Shown here: positions 54,405 through 64,000 of the stretch, piece by piece
Numbering within the stretch: position 1 is the stretch's first letter
Layout of the letters: every line of letters starts with the position of its first letter
Origin: Octopus sinensis
Lineage: Eukaryota
DNA length: 64,000 nt
Assembly: GCF_006345805.1 (NCBI RefSeq)
Contig: NC_043006.1
Span: 52,576,001-52,640,000 of the forward strand
Direction: 5' to 3'
Notes under the pieces: model-generated
What the model saw: only the letters and a program-made list of their open reading frames with translations
The model's database searches: none
Told to the model about the DNA's origin: nothing
Position numbers and translations under genes: made by a program

Positions 54405-55673
54405 ACAAATGCTTACAACTTCTGATCAGCTAGGTTATAGAACTGAAACGAATATGTAAGATACTTCATTTTTTATTTTTGAGTTTTACAATCTTTTAAT
54501 CAATTTATTTGTACTGTTATGCTTTTTTAAAAGAAATTTTCATAATTTTATAACATAAAAATAAATTATTCATATATCCATTTTTTTCTCCATTGTCTCT
54601 TTCCTTCAATATTGATAGTATATAATTTCAATAATCTCTAACATATAACAGTCACTTTCGCATAATAAGAAAGGAATTAGTCACAAGAATAATTGGATTA
54701 TATAATCCCTAATGAGGATATAACTTCATCGCATAATGTATATATATATATACATATACATACATATATACATATACATACATATATACATATATATATA
54801 TACGACGGGCTTCATTCAGTTTCCGTCTACCAAATCCACTCACAAGGCTTTGGTCGACCCGAGGCTGTAGTAGAAGACACTTGCCCAAAGTGTCACACAA
54901 TGGGACTGAACCTAGAATCATGTGGTTGGTAAGTAAAGTACTTCTACCACAGCCTCAGGTCGACCAAAGCCTTGGTAGACGGAAACTGAATGAAGATATC
55001 AAATTCTAAATATACGGGGGTAAGGTTTCTTCAGGATTAATTATGAGCTTATGGAACTTAGGTTATCATTTTTCTTTTGAAGGATACATACAGAGTATTA
55101 GTGTGTTATAAGAAGTTCAATGCTATATATAGTAAGTGTATCTAAGTGATAGATTCTAAATATTCATGAATATACCATAATAATAAGACAAATAAATAAA
55201 AAAAAATAATAATAAGATGACAAATAAACAAAATATGCATGAAAAATAAAAAAGATTAATGAAGTTAAAAAGATAAAACAAAACATTAAAGTAAAAACAT
55301 AAAATAAGATAAAATAAATATAAAAACCTATAGATTTTTTCTTATTGGTTTGTTAATAGACAAAGTTGTGGAAAGGTATAGAGAAGTAGCAATATGTGAC
55401 ATAATCAGAATAGAGGATAGATGAAATTTTGAAAATTAAGCGTTGTATGACCAAATGTTTATGACCAAGATGCTTAGAACTTCTGATCAACTAGTTGATA
55501 GGACTGAAACATATATGTAGGTTCATTTATTTTATATTTTGAGCTTTACAACTTGTAATCAATTCAGTAGTACTGTTATGTTCTTTTAATAGAAAATTTT
55601 CATCCTTTTATAACATACGAATAAATTATTCATATAGCCAGTTTTTCTCCATTTTCTTTTCCCTTCAGTATTG

Positions 55674-55680
<7 letters not shown>
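54405..55680 (+). repeat. Two diverged copies of an about 220-bp repeat (54405-54625, 55465-55680)
   Basis: Both start CTTCTGATCA..CTAG....TAG.ACTGAAAC and end near (TA)n. Confidence 0.7.
54790..54995 (-). mobile_element. SINE family B 5' half with a short inverted self-copy at 54950-54995
   Basis: Nearly identical to 53012-53160. Confidence 0.75.
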
Positions 55681-55772
<92 letters not shown>

Positions 55773-56577
55773 TTTAATAATGAGGGTGATAAATTGAATA
55801 TTAATTTAATTAAGATCAATTTAAAACCAGTAGCCTAGCATATAGAAAAATTTGAACATTCAGAAAAATTATAATACATGCGTATAATAATCCCTTATTA
55901 TACGCATATATATATATATATATATGCATGCATGTATTTATACGCACACGCTCGCTCACGCACACACGCACATACACGCACATCACATATATACATTTAT
56001 AAATTTATAGTCATGCATATAGAGCGTCGGGTTCACAATCATGAGGTAGTGAGCTATATTCCCTGACCGGGCGGCGTGTAGTGTTCATGAGGAAACACTT
56101 TATTTCACGTTACTCTAGTTCACTCAACTGTTGCCACATCACTGGTGCCAAGCTGCATCGGCCTTTGCCTTTCCCCTGGTTGGTATGTATGGGTGACTAC
56201 TATAAACGACCATAAACAACCTTAGTAATCTACCATAAACAACCTTTGTAATCCCATATATTTTATTTGTTTCTGCCTTGAACTCCGGTACTTGTTTTTA
56301 AAGCCTGGTAATTATTTTCTCGTACGATTGCCGAAGCGCTAAGTTACTGTGACGTAAACAAGCCAACACCAGTTGTCGGAGACATAAACACACACAACGC
56401 TCGCACGCGTTCATATATATATATATATATATATATATGACGGTCTTTATCGCGATTTCCGGCTACTAAATTCACTCACTCAGAAGGCATTGGCCGGCCC
56501 AGTACTATAATAGACAGCACTTACCTAACGCCCATGCATATGTACATACATGCATACATACATACATACATCTCTCT

Positions 56578-56613
<36 letters not shown>

Positions 56614-56809
56614 TATAAGTTGTACTGTCTTTAGTCGTAAGACACCCGCTGTTTTTGTCCTGTTATTACTATTATTGTTTTTTGTAATTATATTCGCGTG
56701 ACATCGTCCGTTTTTCTGTCCTTGTTTCGTATACATTCGATCCTTTTTCCAAGAAATCTAATGCTCGTAGCTTAGTTTTTCCTTGGGGCTGGCCGGATCG
56801 GAGCGATCT

Positions 56810-57731
56810 CAAGATCAATATGCTGTGAGACAATGGGCAGACAGAAACAAAATGCAACTGAACGAGGGAAAATTTGAGCTGATGCATTTTGGAAGAAATT
56901 CCTCACTAAAACAGCCATACTCTCTTCCTTCAGGGGAACCGCTCACAGCCTCTAACAATATCAGAGACCTGGCTGTAATTGTTGATGACGATCTCAGTTG
57001 GAGTGCACACATCAACAAGAAGGTCAATATAGCTCGTAGGATGAGTTCCTGGATCTTAAGAACTTTCCGGTCAAGAGAACAAGGTGTCATCATACCAATT
57101 TTCTCCCCCTTTGTACGGCCACACCTCGAATACTGCTGCCCACTGTGGTCTCCCCATACAAGACAAAATATCTCGAGGATTGAATCACTCCAGAGGGCAC
57201 TCACTAAACGAATTGAAGGCATGGCTGCTCTCGATTATTGGGATCACCTTAAAGCCTTGAAACTCTACTCTCTCCAGTGTCGCTGTGAGCGGTACATCAT
57301 TTGTACGATGTGGAGAATATACCGCCAACTTTGCCCAAACGACCTGAACATTAGCTTCAAGGTTCATCCAAGACTTGGACCACGGGCCATACGTCCCCTG
57401 CCCAATTCAAGATCACAGCATACATGTACACTGCAACATAATTTCTTTTCCTCAACAGGCCCTGCCCTATTTAACATTGTCCCGAAAGAGATCAAAGAGG
57501 AAAAGGATCCCATCAACTTTAAACGGAGTCTGGATAGATTCCTTCAAGGAATACCAGATAAGCCACCCGTAATTGGATACAACTCACCCTACAAAAACTC
57601 ACTACTTGAATGGACCATAAACAAAACTTGACTTAAACAGGATTCAAATGATCCTATCAGGTGGTGCTATTAAGTTAGACATGGCCTGGACCAATCTATG
57701 GTCGAAACATATCTAAGTTTATCTAAGTTTA
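56810..57731 (+). mobile_element. 5'-truncated young CR1-clade LINE (open C-terminal ORF2, 3' UTR, ATCTAAGTTT x2 tail)
   Basis: NKMQLNEGKFELMH, IRDLAVIVDDDLSWSAHI, VRPHLEYCCPLWSP and SLQCRCERY; open to the stop at 57631. Confidence 0.88.
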
Positions 57732-58012
57732 TAAATTAAATTAGAGATAAAACCACTAAGAGGCAAATCAAATAAGTTTTTGTTAAATAATTTGGTAATT
57801 AGATATTGAATATAACTGAGATTAAGTTATTCGTGAGTTTATTAGGTTTTTATAGCCATTTTATATCTTAATAGATAAATACATTTTCTATCTATTTTTA
57901 CCTTAAAAATTAATATTTAACATTATAATTGGATTGTATGACATAATCCTAATCGTTAAAGTTTCAGATGACTTGATGAGTTGGGTAAACGATGATGATG
58001 ATGATCGGTATA

Positions 58013-58043
<31 letters not shown>

Positions 58044-58088
58044 CATACATACATACATATATAAACATATATCTATATATCTATACAT

Positions 58089-58137
<49 letters not shown>

Positions 58138-58217
58138 TACCTATACACACACACATACACACACATATATATACTTACATATATATACATATATATACAT
58201 TTAAATATACAAGCATA

Positions 58218-58259
<42 letters not shown>

Positions 58260-58303
58260 TATATGTACAAATATGTATGCATATATATGTATATATGTGT
58301 ATA

Positions 58304-58337
<34 letters not shown>

Positions 58338-60989
58338 CGAATGGTGGAATACTTAGAGCGGCGGAAAACGTTTTTTTTTCGTAATGACGTCATATTATGT
58401 TCTTGATTGTGGACTCAGTAAAATAAATATCTATTAAATACTTGGGTCAATATAATCGGATATATTGCCTAAAATAGGAAATGTTGTCTATTATAAATCA
58501 CTGTAAGTTATTAAGCTTATAAAATAAACTATAGCTTTGTAAGATTAACGAGATATATACCTGTCGCCTTGATCAAAATCATACAGCATTCAAATATTTT
58601 TAGTGAAATATATCAATCTTTTGATATCTAAAATTTTCGGAAGCAAGCATCCCTAATCGCTTACCTAATGTGGACAACTTGATATCATCGTTCGGTTTAC
58701 TAAAAGTAATAAACCCACGAAACTAATGTCTATAAAGGGGGAAATCGTATTGAATAATGTAAGATACAGAAGATATGGTGCAGTTGATGCCGGATTGCTT
58801 TTGATTATTATGTCTGCTCGCTTATGGTAAACCCATGGCTAAACCACACCGCCACCAACAATCAAATAATTTGAAGACGTTTACAGAAAATAACGACAGT
58901 AAGAAGTGTTGGGATTTAAAAAATGTTGGGTGTCATCAAATTGCTCGTTAATCATTATGACTCATCTAAATAGCTACAACTGTATATGGTGAACTATGAT
59001 AGAAAAAAATGTAAGAATAGATCAACAAACAAATTACAAAAATAAACATTTTTGTAAATCTGAGATGCTGCAATGAAAGAAAGCTACAAACAGAAACGAT
59101 ATATGTCATTTATTAGTTGAATACTTTACGACAAAGCTAGTCGGAGCTGGTACGCAGAGTCAGGTTTAAATTTCCTGTAGCCTGATCCACAAGTTGTCGC
59201 ACCTTTTACAAACAGAAAGCTGTTAGTGGAAAAGGATTGTAGTTTAGACAGGTAAAACAAACATTGAAGAAAAATAACACACAAGATTTAGCGACTTGGG
59301 CAAACATCGTTAAAAAGAAAGCCAAGGCTTGCTAGTGCGAAGATTTCAAGCTGACACCCTTCTATTATTTTCAATATAATTAATAAGCAATACCAACATG
59401 TGAATGAATGCAGTGTTATATATTGAATATGCCGAAAAGTACCCTTTCCTTTATTCTTGGAAAAGCTATAGAATACTGGTCAAAAATTAGTGAAAATATT
59501 AGCTTCCTAGAGAAAAAAACATGAATAGACGGGTATTGCTTTGATAACTAGCAAACATTAATAGTCCCACAGCAAGAATCAGTATATAAAGTGAATATTA
59601 AAGTAAGTATTTAAATAATGATAAATTTCTAGAAAATCTAATATTGAATATATAAAGGAAAAAAGGCTTCTGCTGAATTTCGTAGAATTCCATGGCTATA
59701 TGTTTGTTTATTAAAATAAACTGATCGTAAGAATATATTAGATTTCTAAATTAAATAAACAATAATCGGAAACTGTATTCACAATAGATATTTTCATATA
59801 GATAGATAAAACACTTAATACAATATTGACATACAAAACCAAGTAAGTCTCAAATAAAAATCACTAAACGGCTCAGAAATGAATCTCACTTCAAATTTTT
59901 CCCTTTTGCATCTGTTTCCCACCATGTCTTCAAAAGGAACATTACTGAGATAGTGACAGGGGATTTAATAGAAATGGTAGATAAATATCCTGTAAATAAC
60001 AGCCTCTCAACTAAAAATTGTCCGACACATTGAATAATGGTTCTCATTAATGTACCATACTTAAAAAAAAAAAAAACATTCACTGGTATTCTCGATTAGA
60101 TTTGATCCACGACAAAACAAAAGCAATAACAGAACGTGAAGATAATTAATCGTATTCAAATATTTCCATCTTTAAAATCTAAGAATACTTAGAAAAAGTA
60201 TAAGAAGCAACCAACCACGTCACCCGAAAACAATATTTCTGAATGCTAATATATGTTGTATGGAGGTCAATGTATAGACAATTAGTATAGTGGTAATTTT
60301 CTAATAGCTTCAAACTTTGAATCAATTGTAATGCAAATTATACAACCTATATTTATGTATGACAAAACAACTGTTAATTCACATGTCTATTGTCAGAATT
60401 GTGGTCAGCCGAGACAAAAGCAAGAATAAAAAATGTAGACCTGTTAGCAAAGAAATAGTTGTGAATAAAATGAGAGCAGCTACTTGATAGGCCAAGCAAA
60501 CAGAAAGAGAAAAACTGCTATGGGCAGCAGTATTAACACCTGTAAACAACATTTCCAAATTAGAAATCGACAGATTTAGTTTTGATATAAATAACATAAA
60601 CGCATAATAAGCACCAAACAAGGAGAGTCATTACATGCTTACTAATACAGCTAGGATAAGCAACCTCCATCAAATTACAATCTACTGGCTTTAAAAGTTA
60701 CAACACATATGATTATGTATTTCTGAAAAACTAAATCTGAAGTAAAAACACAAAAGCAAACAAGCAAAAGTGGATGGTGACTGAATGCAATTGGTGAATG
60801 TGTCTCCTTCATTAAGGCTAACTTGGGCTTCAACAGCAGCAACTGTAATAACAGCAACACAAACACTATCAACGACAGCATTGTCTGCTCTTTCTGTTTT
60901 CACTGTCAGCTTAGCCTGAAGGTGCGAGCTTATTAAGTACGAGCAAAACGCCCCTCCTCCAATGGACGGTGCTGAGTTGTCAAACATTT

Positions 60990-61325
60990 AAACCAAATTT
61001 TCTCAAAACAACTTGTCCGACCGTCCCATTTTGTGGCATTATTTCAAGCCAGCCCGCTTTTTTTGCGCAAACTGCACGTGTATTTTTCTCGCGTACGCGT
61101 AGTATCGATCGCAACAGCTGGTGTACTTGCGCGTACAAATACACGTTCCCACGGCTTTATCGATCGCATTCTCACCAGGAATCGATGTTTGTAAAATTTT
61201 CAAGACTCATACACGTCCTGATACCGTCGGTATCTACAAATCAAATTTGAATGCAATCGGATGGAGGATGCCTGAGATCCTAGAAGACACACACACAGAC
61301 AGAAAGAACGGATTTTATATAATAA
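60990..61325 (+). mobile_element. Possible Helitron/DINE-like non-autonomous element 3' part
   Basis: CAAATTTGAATGCAATCGG...ACACACAGACAGA...TTTTATATAATA resembles the 3' end pattern of such elements (from memory). Confidence 0.4.
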
Positions 61326-61589
61326 ATACTCAGAGTATAATTCTGGCAAGACATTGTCAAAACGTTTGTGTTTTAGATGACTTGATCAGTTGGGTAAGGT
61401 CAACAATGAGCAATCAGAATAAATTCTATATTAAAAATTTTTAAAGATCTCAATTACTACACTCGGTTGTGATTAGACAATCCGAGAGTGGCCAACAAAA
61501 ATCCACTTGATAAAAAACTGAGTTATCTCTTCTCGTTTTTTAAAGCATTAACCCCAACACAAAGTAGACTTAATTGTTGTAAGCAACAT

Positions 61590-61800
61590 ATCTTTGTTTT
61601 TCATCTTTTACTTGTTTCAGTCATTAGACTGCGGCCATGCTGGGGTACCGCCTTAAAGAAATTTTAGTCGAATGAACCGACCCCAGTACTTTTTACAACC
61701 TGGATCTCATTCTATCAGTCACTTTCGCCGAACCGCTAAGCTACGGGGACGTAAACACACCAACACTGGTTGTCAAGTGGTGGCAGGGGACAAACAAGAT
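61590..61800 (-). mobile_element. SINE family B 3' half
   Basis: Matches 46960-47140 in reverse complement. Confidence 0.75.
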
Positions 61801-61825
61801 ATAAAGACACGCGCGCGCGTATATA

Positions 61826-62938
61826 CAGGGTGATTGAAAAGTAACTTCCTACTTTAAAATACTTATCATTTATTAACTATAATTTTTAGATAGAATGAAT
61901 ATGTGAAGAAAGCGTATAGTATGGAGTTTTATTTAAAATTCGATATAGGCACCAGCAGCTTTTCAAGCCGCCCGAGAACCGCATCAACGGATTTCATCAG
62001 AAATTCGTGTGGGATGGAAGATATAACTTCTCGTATTCGCCCTTCAAGTTCTTCCAAAATCATTGGTTTGGTAGAGTAGACTTTTTGGCCAACCCTACCA
62101 AAAAAACGCAGTGTGTTAAATCAGGGCCTCTTGCCGGTCAATCATGCGGGCCTCGATGACCCATTCATCTCCCAGGGAAGTGGACGTTCAGCCATTCACA
62201 AAATACCAATAGCAAAATGTGGATGAGCGCCACCTTTCATAAAAATCAAATTTTCAATATTCTTTCAACGCCTGATAACTGGTCAGATTTCATCTTGCAA
62301 TATGGTGAGGTACCTTTCAGTATTCGTGGTATTGCAAAGAATGAAAGGACACACAGTCCTGCCTGAAGTCATTCCACACCATACCGTTACCTTGGGCCGA
62401 GTCTACATTTTTGCAGAGGTAATACGAGGATCTTCTCCTGCCCAGTAGTGGCAGTTGTGACGGTTCACAAACCCACTGATGTGGTATACAGCTTCATCAC
62501 TCCAGAGGATATTTTTAAAGAGATCCCATAAAAACATACACAACAAGTTTAAGAAAAAGATTATAGTTAATATTTTATTTATTTATGCGCCCTTTTCAAG
62601 CCTAGCCTAGCTCATGGGCCCGGTTTCCCGGTTTCGATGGCGTATGTGTTCCCCCCAGCTGGACGGGACGCCAATCCATCGCAGCGTTACTCAAGAAACA
62701 GGAAGAAGCAGTGAGAGAAAGCTGGGGCAAAAGAGTACAACAGGGGTCGTCACCACCCCTGCCAGAGCCTCGTGGAGCTTTAGGTGTTTTCGCTCAATAA
62801 ACACACACAACGCCCAGTCTGGGAATCGAAACCGCGATCTTCTGACTGCGAGTCCGCTGCCCTAACCATTGGGCCACTGCGCCTCCACTTATAAATTATA
62901 AATAACTTAAAATAGGGCATTACTTTTCGATCACCCTA
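61826..62938 (-). mobile_element. Internally deleted Tc1/mariner-superfamily transposon (DD41D/rosa-like), TA TSD
   Basis: TIRs CAGGGTGATTGAAAAGTAA / TTACTTTTCGATCACCCTA. Minus-strand remnant reads WSDEAVYHISGFVNRHNCHYWA, KVTVWCG and PARGPDLT. Confidence 0.85.
62583..62888 (-). mobile_element. SINE family C nested in the transposon
   Basis: GTGGAGGCGCAGTGGCCCAATGGTTAGGGCAGCGG head. Confidence 0.85.
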
Positions 62939-63429
62939 TATATATAGGCTTTTTTCAGTTTCTGCATCCACTCACAGGGCTTTTGTCGGCCGGAAGCTAC
63001 AGCGGAGGACATTTGCCCAATGTGTCACACAGTAGGAGCGAAACCGAAACCATATGGTTACGAAGCAAGCTTCTTACCACACAACCACACCTCCGCCAAC
63101 ATATAGAGATAATCTTAAAGCATAGTGTACACAACTTCCAACACATTTATATACAACTTACAAATTATGTATATACACATTAAAACACAAGCAGAAAGTT
63201 CCTAAAACGCATGTACATACTAAGATATATCGTAAAATGCTTAGACATCTTAGAAACCATACAAATCATATGAACACATGTATGAATATATCACAACATA
63301 AGTGGAAGTAGCTTCGACCCGTTTTATAGACGTCGTTGTACAGGTATGCAAATATATTAATACACACGCACATACATCTTTCCTTGTGTGTATGTATGTG
63401 TGTGTAAGCGAGAAAGAGAGAGTGTGTGT

Positions 63430-63800
63430 GAGTGAGCCTGTGTATGTGCGTGAGTGCATATGTGTGGGAGTATGGCGTGTGTGGACAAGCGTGTAAATAA
63501 ATTTGTATATGTATATGCATATCGACATATATATATTATGTATATATATGTATGTATATGTATATATACATATATGTATATATATATGTATATCTATATA
63601 TATATGTATGTATATATATATGTATGTATATATATACACACACATATATATATATATATGTATACATATACATATAAACATATCTAAACATATATATATA
63701 TATATACATATATGTAATATATGCAAATATATATACACGCATATATGTGTGTGTGAGTTTGTCTGTGTGTATGCGTGTGTGTTGGTGTGTGTAAGCCTTC
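63430..63800. repeat. Compound (TA)/(TG)/(CA) microsatellite, representative of dozens in the window
   Basis: Direct reading; such tracts explain most YIYI/VCVC/HTHT ORFs. Confidence 0.95.
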
Positions 63801-64000
63801 TAAGAGTCCATAAAACATGGTGAAATGCACTCATATATCTATCAGTACAGTGGGTGTATTAATCGAAGTGTACTGTATCATATATCTATTGCGGCTGATC
63901 TTACCAATCGGTCTCGCACTAGGAGTTCAACAGAGTGTTAGGTTACAGTCCGATTATGTAACCCTGCGCTCAACAGAGATAGCCGTTACGGAATGAAGTA

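Noticed and set aside
58790-58860. YLIVGGG Rossmann-like motif on the minus strand
   Set aside because: Followed immediately by a stop; no splice support.
63250-63834. Long YIYI/VCVC/HTHT/NNNN ORFs throughout the window
   Set aside because: Translations of microsatellites.

Overview
AT-rich, microsatellite-saturated animal DNA, most consistent with an octopod cephalopod (inferred from SINE types, repeat landscape and a GC-rich 18S V4 fragment). I cannot call any host protein-coding gene with confidence; most six-frame ORFs are translated microsatellites. The window is a layered transposon landscape. It holds five R4/Dong-type RLE non-LTR remnants, three of them tailed by (TAA)n and one in (TACA)n. 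It also holds CR1 and RTE LINE remnants, Penelope-like (RT plus GIY-YIG) remnants, decayed hAT, mariner and DD41D-like transposases, a long-TIR foldback element with an 8-bp TSD, and many tRNA-derived SINEs. The most notable signals are non-coding, (TA)n-embedded units with an inverted arm plus partial tandem copy that carry hammerhead ribozyme folds (best case 53938-54039: GUC site, long helix II). Also notable are a perfect 105-bp-arm palindrome and an orphan 18S rDNA V4 fragment just downstream of it. All folds, alignments and translations were read by eye, not computed.
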